Below, piece after piece: positions 24,956 to 35,278 of a DNA stretch of 64,000 bases. The translations under genes and the position numbers were made by a program. Below the pieces are notes generated by a model. That model saw only the letters and a list, made by a program, of their open reading frames with translations. It ran no database searches and had not been told where the DNA came from. The stretch's first letter is position 1, and each line of letters starts with the position of its first letter. The stretch is from the IMG/VR virus record IMGVR_UViG_3300017912_004409, positions 1-64,000 of that record; one strand, given 5' to 3'. This DNA is from a virus. Its lineage: Duplodnaviria > Caudoviricetes.

Positions 24956-25186
24956 ATGTTTGACAAACACCCTTGGATTAACAAGCTTTCTTTTTCAATG
25001 GAAAATGATAACAATACTGTTGATGTTCAATGGGATGAAAATGATCCTAGTTTAAAAGACTGGTGTTCATGGACTGATGACCAACAAAATGATTTTTTAA
25101 TTGAGTTATTAAATTTTGTATTTAAAGAGAATAATGATTTAAAAGTAGTTCCTATAGATGAATCTGAGGATGAATCCAATGGATAG
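24956..25186 (+). CDS. Hypothetical protein
   Basis: VDVQWDENDPSLKDWCSWT. Confidence 0.55.
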   Translation: MFDKHPWINKLSFSMENDNNTVDVQWDENDPSLKDWCSWTDDQQNDFLIELLNFVFKENNDLKVVPIDESEDESNG

Positions 25187-25715
25187 TCAAATGTCTTCCT
25201 TGCAGATGCCAAATTTTGAGGTGCCAGAGTCTCCAACTGATTCAAAATCTAAACCTAAATCAAAACGAGGAAGTGTTCCTGATTTTATTAGAAACTTAAT
25301 TAGTTTAGCTTCATATATTAAACAATTAGAAGTTCAATCTCATTTGATTCATTTCAACTATGAAAAGTCTAATTTTTTTGGTGTCCATGCTTTCCTTAAA
25401 GATCAGTACCATGCTCATGTTGATCAGTTTGATCGTATTGGAGAGTTTGTTAGATCCATGGATTATCTCATGCCAATGTGCAATCGTGGTTTAGAAGATG
25501 CTTGTCCTAAATTCAATCACGTTAAAAGTTATGCAGCAGACAATATGTTGATTACTTATTACAAAAATTTAGAAGAACTTGGTTTAATGACTAAGAAAGT
25601 AGAGCAGGAGGCTGCTAGGGTTAAAGCTATTGATATCCAAAACTACATGGCTGAGCTTTGTGGTGAAGCATTTAAAGCGGCCTGGTTTATTAAAGCTAGT
25701 CTTCGTAGTGAATAA
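25158..25715 (+). CDS. dps: Dps/ferritin-like protein
   Basis: HFNYEKSNFFGVHAFLKDQY...DRIGEFVR matches the Dps ferroxidase pattern HWNV.G..F..LH..F...Y....D..AER. Confidence 0.8.
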   Translation: MNLRMNPMDSQMSSLQMPNFEVPESPTDSKSKPKSKRGSVPDFIRNLISLASYIKQLEVQSHLIHFNYEKSNFFGVHAFLKDQYHAHVDQFDRIGEFVRSMDYLMPMCNRGLEDACPKFNHVKSYAADNMLITYYKNLEELGLMTKKVEQEAARVKAIDIQNYMAELCGEAFKAAWFIKASLRSE

Positions 25716-25950
25716 TCCTATGGCAATTACTGCATAGTGGAATACATTTATCAATTTCTTTTTTAATTGTTTCCCAGCAATAGCCCTTGCCTGGCATTTT
25801 AGCTATTACATATTTTTTATCTTTTATATGATGGAACTCCATGACCCTATGGTCGTGGAGTCCACAACTGTTACAAGAAATATTTTTTTTATAGTCAAGA
25901 AGTTTCTTCTTTGTCTTCTCTATCTTTTCTTTTCGAGAATGCATTATCAA
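25696..25950 (-). CDS. Small HNH-type endonuclease
   Basis: CNSCG...EFHH...CIPLCSNCHRIIH. Confidence 0.7.
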   Translation of the reverse strand: MIMHSRKEKIEKTKKKLLDYKKNISCNSCGLHDHRVMEFHHIKDKKYVIAKMPGKGYCWETIKKEIDKCIPLCSNCHRIIHYED

Positions 25951-26071
25951 ATGGATCTACTTTATCTTTTACAATTGAACATGCTCTTTCATAAAAGAAA
26001 GAATTAGTTTTGCCTGCTTCTTTCAATGCGTTTTTTATCTTCTTCCAGTTTTCGTACGTGATTTGATCCAT
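25895..26071 (-). CDS. Hypothetical protein
   Basis: MDQITYENWKKIK...FYERAC, a small cyanophage-type protein. Confidence 0.5.
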   Translation of the reverse strand: MDQITYENWKKIKNALKEAGKTNSFFYERACSIVKDKVDPFDNAFSKRKDREDKEETS

Positions 26072-26735
26072 CTTCTTGTGGTGTCCTCCAAAAGTAATCA
26101 TCAGTTTGTCCAAGCCGACCCCATTTTGGGGCATGCTCTACATTAAAATAGCGCGTTGAAACTTTAAAGTCTGGTGTTTTTAATTCATCATTAGTTAATG
26201 ATGGATCAACCATCCGACATCTGTTGTTTGGATATGCTCCGATCTGACCATTTTCAAGCTCAACAATGTTGTGAGACTTATGTTCGTCAGGTGTTTCAGA
26301 AAAATAATAATCAGCCTCATTACGATGAGGGTGATAGTTATCGATAGTAAATAAGTAAGAGCCTTTCATGTTGCCAGACTCTCTTGTCATTACCTCAAAC
26401 TCCATATTAAAAATCAAATTCTTTTCTACCACCGTAATTCCTGTATCAAAACCATTCCAGAACTGTAAGTCTGTCAAAGGTAAATCAGGAGTAGGAGCCA
26501 CGGGACTATCGGGACTATCGCTATCCCAAGAAAGAAAAGCACTAATAGGAAGTTTGTCATACAAAGCACCATACTCTGTTAAGTATGTTTCAAAATAAAG
26601 TGCGCGTCCACTGATGGATTTACATGTTACCCAATAGCCAGGGGTATATTCTCCATGGCCATCGCGCAAGTCACGTAAATATTCACGTCGCACCCAAACT
26701 TTAACAGGAGGAATGTTTGCTACTAGAGTTGTCAT
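26004..26735 (-). CDS. Conserved hypothetical cyanophage protein
   Basis: ANIPPVKVWVRREYL...YGALYDKLPISAF...YPNNR. Confidence 0.65.
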   Translation of the reverse strand: MTTLVANIPPVKVWVRREYLRDLRDGHGEYTPGYWVTCKSISGRALYFETYLTEYGALYDKLPISAFLSWDSDSPDSPVAPTPDLPLTDLQFWNGFDTGITVVEKNLIFNMEFEVMTRESGNMKGSYLFTIDNYHPHRNEADYYFSETPDEHKSHNIVELENGQIGAYPNNRCRMVDPSLTNDELKTPDFKVSTRYFNVEHAPKWGRLGQTDDYFWRTPQEDGSNHVRKLEEDKKRIERSRQN

Positions 26736-26740
26736 TGTTA

Positions 26741-26935
26741 TTAAATGTTTGGTTTAATGTCGTTTAATTTACCCATGAATTCATCAATTGTTTCTAAAGC
26801 GTCTAGCTTTAAAAGAATTTCTGATAAACCTTGAATAACAACAGGATGTTCATTTCTTGATGCAAAAGCCAATGCATTTCTAAGTTGTGAAGCTGCCTCT
26901 TGGATTGATTCTTTTACTTGTGATGATAGAGCCAT
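26741..26935 (-). CDS. Conserved hypothetical cyanophage protein
   Basis: MALSSQVKESIQEAASQLRNALAFASRNEHP. Confidence 0.6.
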   Translation of the reverse strand: MALSSQVKESIQEAASQLRNALAFASRNEHPVVIQGLSEILLKLDALETIDEFMGKLNDIKPNI

Positions 26936-27000
26936 TTCAGATTCTTTGGGTTGACGAAAGATGGGAATTAATTTGATAAACATAAAATTTTTAGTTATTT

Positions 27001-27660
27001 TCAAACTTTACGAACAACTAAAATTAAATCGTCATATCGACCAGTTGTTTCTCTAACATCATAAACTTCAATAACACCTACGTACTTGTTTTTATATTCT
27101 TCGGGTACACTTTCTTTTAACATTTCTAAGACATCAGTGCTTTCAATGTCTTCAATAATTAATATTCCATCATCTTCTAATAATTCTAAATAATTTTCTA
27201 TTGTCCATTTTTGACTATCTGGCGTATGTGGACCATCGTCAATGATTACATCAAACTTTCCCCAGTCTTCTTTTAAACTTTCTTTGCATTCATCTGTATA
27301 TGCATCTCTGTTGTAAAACAAATAACGGTCTCTATCTTTATTAAAGATATCAATAATATTTTTTCCAAAAGTAATAACGGGATCTACTAAAGCAAGTTGA
27401 AAATTCGGAAGATATTCCCACCACAACAAAGATGAACCACCATGGCGAACACCAATTTCTAAAAGAGTTCCGTATCTTCTATCTTTAAAAGGTTTTAATA
27501 AATGTTCATAAATACCCGTGTAATTATGAACGGTTGCTTTATCTGTACCTCCTTGAAGATCATATCCATTTACTTTATGCTTATCTAAGATTTTAACTAG
27601 GGTTTTAGATGGGGATTTCCAGGGGGGATTAGTCATCTTAGATCCAGCGTTGTTTTTCAC
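27001..27660 (-). CDS. Class I SAM-dependent methyltransferase, possibly sugar O-methyltransferase
   Basis: DK..VHNY..IY; LLEIGVRHGGS; FDVIIDDGPH; ILIIED. Confidence 0.8.
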   Translation of the reverse strand: MKNNAGSKMTNPPWKSPSKTLVKILDKHKVNGYDLQGGTDKATVHNYTGIYEHLLKPFKDRRYGTLLEIGVRHGGSSLLWWEYLPNFQLALVDPVITFGKNIIDIFNKDRDRYLFYNRDAYTDECKESLKEDWGKFDVIIDDGPHTPDSQKWTIENYLELLEDDGILIIEDIESTDVLEMLKESVPEEYKNKYVGVIEVYDVRETTGRYDDLILVVRKV

Positions 27661-28381
27661 TTCTTTCAGGACTGTACTTCCAATAGTCTAAAGGCAATTC
27701 TGAATTATTAAAGGGCCTTTTGTATTTTTCATTGCCAGGAAGACCTCCCCATTTTTCAACATAGTATTTTCCATTAGATGCAAATGTTTCTTTGTTTTTT
27801 AATTGGAAACTTACATCTCTTTTTAAAGTACTGCTAACAGCATGATTGTAAGTTAAAGGGAAATTTTCCCATTCTAAATTTGCCATTCTCATTCGATGGC
27901 GATGATCATTATCTTCATAATATCCAGGGAAAAAGTTTTCATCAAAAGTTCCTACTTTATTAATTATTTCAGGCGTAAGCACCATGCAAGAATAAGCGTT
28001 TTGAGTTTCATCGCATAAAATTCCTGTAAATGATTTTTCTAAACGTTCTGCTAATTTTTCTAATTGATTTTTTCTAGGATGCCAATCGCATCCCATAATA
28101 ATCCAATAGGGTACATCAGTATTTTGTTGAACAATTTGATTGCAGCTACCAGCAAAACCTACATTCATACGATTTTTTACCACAAATATTTCTTTGATGT
28201 TTTCATTACTAAGTCCTGTGGTGATTTGAGAAATAGTATTTTGAACAGAATAATCTTTACCCATTGAATTATCCAATATAAAATAACGATTAACTGGATA
28301 ATCAATTGCATGATATTGTTTAAGTAAATCTTTGCCTCCATTGAGGATCATGGTGGCAATTATCTCAATGGGTTTTGACAT
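27638..28381 (-). CDS. Glycosyltransferase, GT2-like
   Basis: NVGFAGSCN; KVGTFDENFFPGYYEDND. Confidence 0.8.
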   Translation of the reverse strand: MSKPIEIIATMILNGGKDLLKQYHAIDYPVNRYFILDNSMGKDYSVQNTISQITTGLSNENIKEIFVVKNRMNVGFAGSCNQIVQQNTDVPYWIIMGCDWHPRKNQLEKLAERLEKSFTGILCDETQNAYSCMVLTPEIINKVGTFDENFFPGYYEDNDHRHRMRMANLEWENFPLTYNHAVSSTLKRDVSFQLKNKETFASNGKYYVEKWGGLPGNEKYKRPFNNSELPLDYWKYSPERSEKQRWI

Positions 28382-28405
28382 TTTAAAATTTTTTCTAACG
28401 TTAGC

Positions 28406-28552
28406 TCATAAATCTATCCGAAGATAGTCTTCTTTTCGTTCTTTAAGTTTTGCTTCATATTCATCGGCTTCGCATTTGTCAACGTCTTGAACGTAGCCGT
28501 CACATTCTTCTTCATCTATACAAACATAAAAACGAGACACATCACAACTCAT
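28406..28552 (-). CDS. Hypothetical 48-aa acidic protein, absent from the ORF track
   Basis: MSCDVSRFYVCIDEEECDG... Confidence 0.45.
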   Translation of the reverse strand: MSCDVSRFYVCIDEEECDGYVQDVDKCEADEYEAKLKERKEDYLRIDL

Positions 28553-28601
28553 TGCAAAAAAAATTTAATGCTCTATAGTTATTTTAAATTGTGTAATTAC
28601 A

Positions 28602-29435
28602 ATGCAATTAAAAAATAATGAAGAGCTGACAAACAATATTATTGATTATTCGGAATTAAATTCTCTACCTTCTCGAATCCAGATCAATGGAAAAAGGCAT
28701 TATAATACGCCTTTTTATACAGGACCTGCTCCTTCTGTAACAACAATCTTATCTGAAACTACAAGTGAAAAAAACAAAAAGAAATTGGAGATGTGGTCTA
28801 AGGCTAATCCAGGGGTAAAAGAAGAGGCAGCTCATCGTGGAACATATATCCATGCTGGTATGGAGCATTATCTTAAAAAAGAGCCTTATACCATCCCCGA
28901 AGAATATCAAAGTTTTTGGCAGGGCATGCCTAACATACTTGACCAGTTTGAAAAAGTTATTTGGGCAGAAACACCTTTTCTTGAAGAGCATCAATTTGCT
29001 TTAGCGTCTGATGGGGTAGGACGTGTTTGGGGTAAGGATAAAGAAGACAGGGCCTGGGCGGGCTCTCCTGACTTGATTGGTTATGTTAACAATAAACTAA
29101 CACTTGCTGATTTAAAAACTAGCGTCAAACCTTATTCAAGGTACTGGCCCAAGAATCATGAAAAAGGTTCCAAAGAATGGAGAGATCTTCTTGGTGGGTA
29201 TATGAAATTCAAAAAAACATTAAAACAATTAGCTGCTTATGATATTGGCATAGAACAAACTTTAAATATGCAAGTAGAACAAGCTGCTATTTTGGTTTCT
29301 ACTCCTGAAAAAACTCAAGTTTTTAAAATCTCTAGAAATTATTTAAATATCTTAAGAGAGGATTGGTTCAAAATTGTTAAAGAATATTATAGTCAAATCG
29401 AAAGATGTGTGATGCACGAAGAAGATTTGATTTAA
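28602..29435 (+). CDS. PD-(D/E)xK exonuclease
   Basis: PSVTTIL...RGTYIH...GSPDLI...ADLKTS...QLAAY. Confidence 0.85.
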   Translation: MQLKNNEELTNNIIDYSELNSLPSRIQINGKRHYNTPFYTGPAPSVTTILSETTSEKNKKKLEMWSKANPGVKEEAAHRGTYIHAGMEHYLKKEPYTIPEEYQSFWQGMPNILDQFEKVIWAETPFLEEHQFALASDGVGRVWGKDKEDRAWAGSPDLIGYVNNKLTLADLKTSVKPYSRYWPKNHEKGSKEWRDLLGGYMKFKKTLKQLAAYDIGIEQTLNMQVEQAAILVSTPEKTQVFKISRNYLNILREDWFKIVKEYYSQIERCVMHEEDLI

Positions 29436-29454
29436 AATAAAAAACAAAACAAAA

Positions 29455-29736
29455 ATGTTGTTAAAAACTTTTCTTCCCCAATTGATTGATGAAATTATTA
29501 AATGGATAAAAAAATGGTGGTTTGAAACAAAACTCACTGCTCGTTTAAATCAATTAGAGGCTGAGGCTAAAGCTCAATATAATAAAGAGTTAAAATATTT
29601 TTATACCCCTGAGTTTACAGAATATAAAATTAATACTCAAATTCAGACTGGCGAGTCTCAAAAATTAGGCGGGATGATGCAGCTCTCAGCTAAATGGCAT
29701 AAAAATAAAGACAAGTCGACAGGTAACTCAAATTAA
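29455..29736 (+). CDS. Hypothetical protein
   Basis: 93-aa ORF. Confidence 0.55.
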   Translation: MLLKTFLPQLIDEIIKWIKKWWFETKLTARLNQLEAEAKAQYNKELKYFYTPEFTEYKINTQIQTGESQKLGGMMQLSAKWHKNKDKSTGNSN

Positions 29737-29958
29737 CTCAAGCACTGTAAAATATTATTTGATGCACTCGTTTAATGAATCTAAATGTTTCAAGCGGGCA
29801 GTGGATCACTTTTTTCAAACAGCAAATGCAATCCTATCCTAATTTTCCAATTTGTTTTATAGTTCCTTCCTGTGCCCATGTTCATGCTTTTTTAATTGCT
29901 CAACAATCTTTTCCTGAAAACAATTTTACTTTTAAACTAAAACAACAGGCAAACTAAC

Positions 29959-32562
29959 ATGAACACGAACCAAAAAAGTCTTAGGCCAGGGGACATCTGT
30001 TTAGACTATATCCCTATTGACTGGCCTTTAACTCCTTTAGGAAGCGAAAAAAATCCCTATACATTTGGATGGCAAAATAAACGGTTTACTCCTAATGAAA
30101 TCAGAAAAGAATTAGAAAAAGGACAATGTAAAGCCGTTGGTTTACTTAGTGGCCCTGTCTACAACCAACCATACGGATTGGTTTGGGTCGATTTAGATGG
30201 TGAAAGTGTTATTGATTTAATAATTAATTTGTCTGGCGTTGATCCGGCTGAAGCTTTACCTTCTACTCTTACAATTCAAAGCGGTAAACCTGGCAGAGCG
30301 CGTAAATTATATAAGCTGGCAAAAAAACATTGGAATTGTTTTGCTCGTAATAAATACATATGGCATACAGATGTTAATCGTGAACAATTAGAAGTTCTAT
30401 GGTCAAAGCATCAAGGTGCCTTAATGGGTGCTCACCCTGAAACAGAAGGTTATTTTACTTCTGAAAACTCTGGTTTTGAATGGGCTGACAATCTTCCTGA
30501 TCTTCCTACTTGGATTTTAGATGAAATAATTAAAAAGAATATGCGCAATGGTAAACCAGCTGCAGAATATAGCAGATTTGTTGGTCCTGGATTTGCAATA
30601 AATACTTCAATATCTTTAGAGCGAGATATCAAGGTTGCAATTGAAGCTATAAATCAAATGCCCATCGAGGCTGCTGATGACTATGATATATGGATTACTG
30701 TTGGTCAAAGTTTACATTCTTTAGATGAATCATTGTTAGATGCTTGGGATGACTGGTCTAAAAAATCAGATAAATATAAAGAAGGAGAATGCCACAAAAG
30801 ATGGAAATCTTTTTCAAAAGGAGGAGGAAGAGGCATTGGTAGTTTATTTCATTTAGCTCAAGAGTATGGCTGGAAACCTAGCCAGGAACACAAATACACT
30901 GGACCTAATGATCAAATGTTAGAAGAATTTGAATCAATCTTAAAAGAAATTTCAAATCAATCCCCTGAAGAAATTGCCAAACATGCAGCTTCTACTGAAA
31001 AAACAGTAGAAAAAGAATCAAAAAAACAACGCAATCTTTCTTCTAATATTATTGTTGATTTACTTTTAAAAGAGTATTACAAAGATAATCTTTTGTTTAA
31101 CCAAATAACAGGTCAATTTTATCAATACAATCGTGTTCATCCTGGTTTGTGGTCTCCAATGACACGCCTGGAAATGCTTGGTGATATTCGTTTAAAACTT
31201 CAACTACCTGCATTAAAAGAAATAATGCCAAATGGGTATACTTCTAATTTAATGAATGATTTATTTGCTCAATTACAAGCTATATTGGCTTTCGACAATT
31301 GGTATCAAGGTAATAATTATCTTTTGTTTTCTAATGGAGTTTTAAGCATTGAAGAAAAAGAATTAATTGACTTTGATAAAAAACTTTTTCTTACTCAACG
31401 TATGCCTTATGCTTATGATCCAGAGGCAAACTGTGATCAAATTATTGACTGGCTTAAATACACCCAAAGGAATGATTGGGATCGCGTACAAGTCCTCAGA
31501 GCATGGCTTAGAGCTGTATTATTAAGTGCTTATGATATGCAAAAGTTTGTTGAAATCATTGGCCCTGGTAAATCTGGTAAATCAACTTATGCAAATTTAT
31601 GTGTTGCATTAGTTGGTAAAAGCAATTCATATAGTACAGATTTTGCTAATCTTGAAACAAATAGATTTGAAACTATTGCTTTTATGAATAAAAAACTTCT
31701 ATTATTCCAAGATATGGATCGTTGGGGTGGTAGTGTTTCTAAACTAAAAGCAATTACAGGTGGTGACTGGATTCGTGTAGAACGTAAGTTTCAAGCAGAA
31801 AATCCTGAACCTTTTCAGTTTCATGGCTTAGTAATGATTACAGCCAACGAAGCAATTCAATCAACTGACTATACTTCTGGTTTAGCCCGTAGACGTTTAA
31901 CAATTCCATTCGACAGACCTTTCCAAGGTAATTTTAAACAGCAACGTGAGCTTATAAAATTTGATACACAAGGTAATCCGCGAGGTGAATTTGCATCTTT
32001 ATTGCCAGGACTTGTTAATTGGTTGTTGGAAATGAGTACTGATGAAATGCGAGCCTATTTAATGGAAACAGGTAATAAAGTTAAATTTTTTAAAGAGTAC
32101 GAAAAAATACAAAGCTTACGTTCCAGTCCTTTGCTTGACTGGATGGAACACAAGATTGTTTTTGCACCTGGTGAAAAATGTTCTATTGGTTTTGCTAAGC
32201 CTGCCCCTCCAGGGGGTAGTGGATCTTATGTCAATTGGGATAAATGGTTATATGCAAGTTATTGTGAATTTTGTAAAACATCTAATGTAAACATAATGTC
32301 TCGAAATCGTTTTGAGCCATTGTTTTTTGATATCTGTAAACACCAACTTAAATTAAATATATTCCATGTACGTAATTCAAGAGGTCTATTAGTATTTAAT
32401 GTTGCTATTAGAGATAGTGGTCCGGGTGTTTCAAAATACCCATCTATTGTTGAAGTATCTACTGATAAAGAAAAATTTAAAGAGTTTTATGGTAATGAGA
32501 TAGAAGATTCAAACGAAACAACAACAAACAAAAAAGAATGGGAAAATAAAGAATTGTTTTAA
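29959..32562 (+). CDS. Primase-helicase (Prim-Pol, PriCT-2, D5/P4-type SF3 helicase)
   Basis: N-terminal VWVDLD; DYDIWITVGQSLH (PriCT); Walker A GPGKSGKST; LITGGD, ITAN. Confidence 0.9.
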   Translation: MNTNQKSLRPGDICLDYIPIDWPLTPLGSEKNPYTFGWQNKRFTPNEIRKELEKGQCKAVGLLSGPVYNQPYGLVWVDLDGESVIDLIINLSGVDPAEALPSTLTIQSGKPGRARKLYKLAKKHWNCFARNKYIWHTDVNREQLEVLWSKHQGALMGAHPETEGYFTSENSGFEWADNLPDLPTWILDEIIKKNMRNGKPAAEYSRFVGPGFAINTSISLERDIKVAIEAINQMPIEAADDYDIWITVGQSLHSLDESLLDAWDDWSKKSDKYKEGECHKRWKSFSKGGGRGIGSLFHLAQEYGWKPSQEHKYTGPNDQMLEEFESILKEISNQSPEEIAKHAASTEKTVEKESKKQRNLSSNIIVDLLLKEYYKDNLLFNQITGQFYQYNRVHPGLWSPMTRLEMLGDIRLKLQLPALKEIMPNGYTSNLMNDLFAQLQAILAFDNWYQGNNYLLFSNGVLSIEEKELIDFDKKLFLTQRMPYAYDPEANCDQIIDWLKYTQRNDWDRVQVLRAWLRAVLLSAYDMQKFVEIIGPGKSGKSTYANLCVALVGKSNSYSTDFANLETNRFETIAFMNKKLLLFQDMDRWGGSVSKLKAITGGDWIRVERKFQAENPEPFQFHGLVMITANEAIQSTDYTSGLARRRLTIPFDRPFQGNFKQQRELIKFDTQGNPRGEFASLLPGLVNWLLEMSTDEMRAYLMETGNKVKFFKEYEKIQSLRSSPLLDWMEHKIVFAPGEKCSIGFAKPAPPGGSGSYVNWDKWLYASYCEFCKTSNVNIMSRNRFEPLFFDICKHQLKLNIFHVRNSRGLLVFNVAIRDSGPGVSKYPSIVEVSTDKEKFKEFYGNEIEDSNETTTNKKEWENKELF

Positions 32563-32565
32563 TGG

Positions 32566-32862
32566 TTACCACTTCACCTTGTGGGACCAATACCGTGCTG
32601 AAAATTTATCTGGTTTAGCATCTTGTGCATTATGTCTAGCATAATATGATTTTCTTCTAGCTTTGTCTTTGGCTGTTTTAGGATTTTTACCAGCTCCTTT
32701 AACACCCTGTTGGCCAAAACGAATAATTTTTTCTTTGCCATCCTTGCAGGCTTTAACAACATGCGATTTAGTAGGATGTTTAGGTGTACGCCGTGGCTTA
32801 TCACATGCCATCTTATCTTTAGCTAATTTCGCAGCACTTGCTGCTTTTTTATGTTTACTCAC
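32566..32862 (-). CDS. Small basic conserved phage protein
   Basis: KIIRFGQQG...RRKSYYARH...SARYWS. Confidence 0.65.
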   Translation of the reverse strand: MSKHKKAASAAKLAKDKMACDKPRRTPKHPTKSHVVKACKDGKEKIIRFGQQGVKGAGKNPKTAKDKARRKSYYARHNAQDAKPDKFSARYWSHKVKW

Positions 32863-32999
32863 TTAACCGAAGGAAAAATTTTCTTTAAAGCCTCAATAAT
32901 AACCTGAGCAATCCCATTTCCTTTTAAAGGGGTGTAAGGAAGAATCTCAGAAATAGCTGCAATTGCAACAGCAATGATAGCGGCAGTTGAAGGATCCAT
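32859..32999 (-). CDS. 46-aa membrane protein, possible holin, absent from the ORF track
   Basis: MDPSTAAIIAVAIAAISEILPYTPFKGNGIAQVIIEALKKIFPSVK; GTGA overlap with the next gene. Confidence 0.55.
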   Translation of the reverse strand: MDPSTAAIIAVAIAAISEILPYTPLKGNGIAQVIIEALKKIFPSVK

Positions 33000-33076
33000 G
33001 AATTACATATTTAACTTCCAAAATTATAGCAATAGGTAAATATTTATGCTAATTTCTATACAGTGAATAACCACAC

Positions 33077-34339
33077 ATGTCTGATAAAAAACCCAAATTA
33101 CTGTGGCTTGGCGATATTATTGCTACTACAGGATTTGCTCGCGTTACTGAAAATGTGCTTGAGAGAATTTGTGATGACTGGGAAGTAGTTGTTTTAGGAA
33201 ATAACTATTGGGGTGATCCTCATCCACTTCAAGCAAAATATAAAATCTATCCTTCAAGCAACCGTTTTCAAACTTCACCTTTTGGTGAACAACGTATTAG
33301 AGAAGTTGTTGAACGAGAACGACCTGATATCGTTTTTTCAATGAATGATATCTGGATTATTAACGAACAATATCGGCAAATCGCTGATCTTCATAAACAA
33401 GATCTATTTAAATTCATTGGTTACTATCCCATGGATTCTTATGGGTGGACCGGTTGTATTGCAGACACCGCAAATGAATGGGATGAAGTTATTTGTTATA
33501 CCGATTTTGGCGTAGAAGAAAGTAAGCGAGGAGGCATTACAAATAACAATATTCATTCAATTCCTCATGGAATTAACATGGGACAATTTTATCCTATGGA
33601 TAAAAAAACTTGTAGAGAAAAACTTGGTTTACCTTTTGATGATCTGTTTATTGTTTTTAATGGTAATAGAAATCAATTTAGAAAACGTATTGATTTAACT
33701 ATTACTACATTTGCAAAATTTTGTGTAGACAAACCAGATACTAAACTTTATCTGCATATGGGCTTAAAAGATCAAGGGTGGGATATCATGCCTTTATTCC
33801 ATAGAGAAATGCTTAAATATGGAGTAGATCCAAATAATAGAATTATCTTGACGGGCAATAGTGGTGGGGCTCCTGCCGTTCCTGTTGAGCTTTTAAATAT
33901 CATCTATAATGCCTGTGACGTTGGCATTAACACCTGTAAGGGCGAGGGCCATGGCTTGGTTAACCATGAGCATGCTGCTTGTCGCGTGGCTCAGGTGGTT
34001 CCTGATCACACCTCATGTAAGGAGATTTTTCAAGATGCTGCTCCCCTCATCGAATGTTATTCAACGGATGTGGATATTAATTATTCCAGAGAACTCCCCA
34101 TTCCTGACGTTGATTACGCAGTTAAAATCCTTAATAATTTATATTACGACCGGGATTACCTTAATGAAGTAGCAGAAAAATGCTATGACAGAGCCACTTC
34201 AGAACGATATGACTGGGATTATATTGCCCCTAAATTTAATGAACTCTTTAAAAATGCAATCAAAAAACCTGCTATAAACCTTGCATCTCTCGAGAAAAAA
34301 AATAATATTAAATTTAAAAAAACAAAGGCAAAAAAATAA
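33077..34339 (+). CDS. Glycosyltransferase, GT-B/GT4
   Basis: TGFARV; GNRNQFRKRID; YNACDVGINTCKGEGHGL...EHAAC. Confidence 0.85.
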   Translation: MSDKKPKLLWLGDIIATTGFARVTENVLERICDDWEVVVLGNNYWGDPHPLQAKYKIYPSSNRFQTSPFGEQRIREVVERERPDIVFSMNDIWIINEQYRQIADLHKQDLFKFIGYYPMDSYGWTGCIADTANEWDEVICYTDFGVEESKRGGITNNNIHSIPHGINMGQFYPMDKKTCREKLGLPFDDLFIVFNGNRNQFRKRIDLTITTFAKFCVDKPDTKLYLHMGLKDQGWDIMPLFHREMLKYGVDPNNRIILTGNSGGAPAVPVELLNIIYNACDVGINTCKGEGHGLVNHEHAACRVAQVVPDHTSCKEIFQDAAPLIECYSTDVDINYSRELPIPDVDYAVKILNNLYYDRDYLNEVAEKCYDRATSERYDWDYIAPKFNELFKNAIKKPAINLASLEKKNNIKFKKTKAKK

Positions 34340-34370
34340 AAACCTATTAATATAGCTGCGGAGACACGTT

Positions 34371-34399
34371 AAGGGGGCACTTCGGTGCTCCCTTTTTTT
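34371..34399 (+). terminator. Rho-independent terminator
   Basis: AAGGGGGCAC-TTCG-GTGCTCCC followed by T7. Confidence 0.85.
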
Positions 34400-34606
34400 A
34401 TCACCATAACCGGAATTGCTGTGGGACTAGTTTGCCGGTGCAGAGACTCAGACTTTTAGCCATTTTATTTTTTAGATCGCGTAACCTATAAAATGTAAAA
34501 AGCTTAGGCAACAAAAATCTTAATCATTTTACTAAACTTTTAACAAAGTTGCGGTTAGCTCTTATAAAGAATAAAATAAGCTCAAGTCTGCAAGTCTGCA
34601 TTTGCG

Positions 34607-35251
34607 ATGGCTAACATCCATGCCAATCCCAACTTCAAACGCTATAACACGGTTGTGTTGCCATCTGAGACTCAATTTAGATATATAAAAAGTATAGATT
34701 CTTTAACGGATGAAGAACTAAATGATCATGGGTTTTACCACGGCTACACATGTGCTTATGGTCATACAATTCGAGATCAAATTAACCATTGGTGTTATCA
34801 CTGTGTTGTAAAAATTATCTCTAACAATTGTGGTTTCGATATTAACTTTTTACATCAACTTTATAAACTTAAATATTTTAAATTATGGGGTCAAGTTAAT
34901 ATAAAAAATTGGGACGAATGCTGGGAAGCACCTAATAAAATGGTAACTTTTCCTTCTTACCGCTCTATGTATTCAAAAAAGAAAACTGAAAATGTTTCAT
35001 TTCATAAAGCAATCTATCAATGTGCATGGGGAGATATTGGTAAAGGTTATGTAACTAGGTCCTGTGGAAATAAAAATTGTGTTAATCCTTTGCATTTAGT
35101 TTCTACTTGGAATAGAGCTGTTCCACCTCAAACAGTTTATCCATTTGAACTTGAATTTAAAGCAGATAAATTAATGAAAATGGCTACTAAAGCTAAAAAT
35201 CATTTTGTTCGTCCCACCATTTCTTACCCACAAGATGTATTAAATGAATAA
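34607..35251 (+). CDS. His-Me-finger/HNH-type endonuclease-like protein
   Basis: ECWE...HKAIYQ...SCGNKNCVNPLHL, plus an N-terminal C..GH...C.HC. Confidence 0.65.
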   Translation: MANIHANPNFKRYNTVVLPSETQFRYIKSIDSLTDEELNDHGFYHGYTCAYGHTIRDQINHWCYHCVVKIISNNCGFDINFLHQLYKLKYFKLWGQVNIKNWDECWEAPNKMVTFPSYRSMYSKKKTENVSFHKAIYQCAWGDIGKGYVTRSCGNKNCVNPLHLVSTWNRAVPPQTVYPFELEFKADKLMKMATKAKNHFVRPTISYPQDVLNE

Positions 35252-35278
35252 GAAGTAAAATAAATAAAAAGCTTAAAT

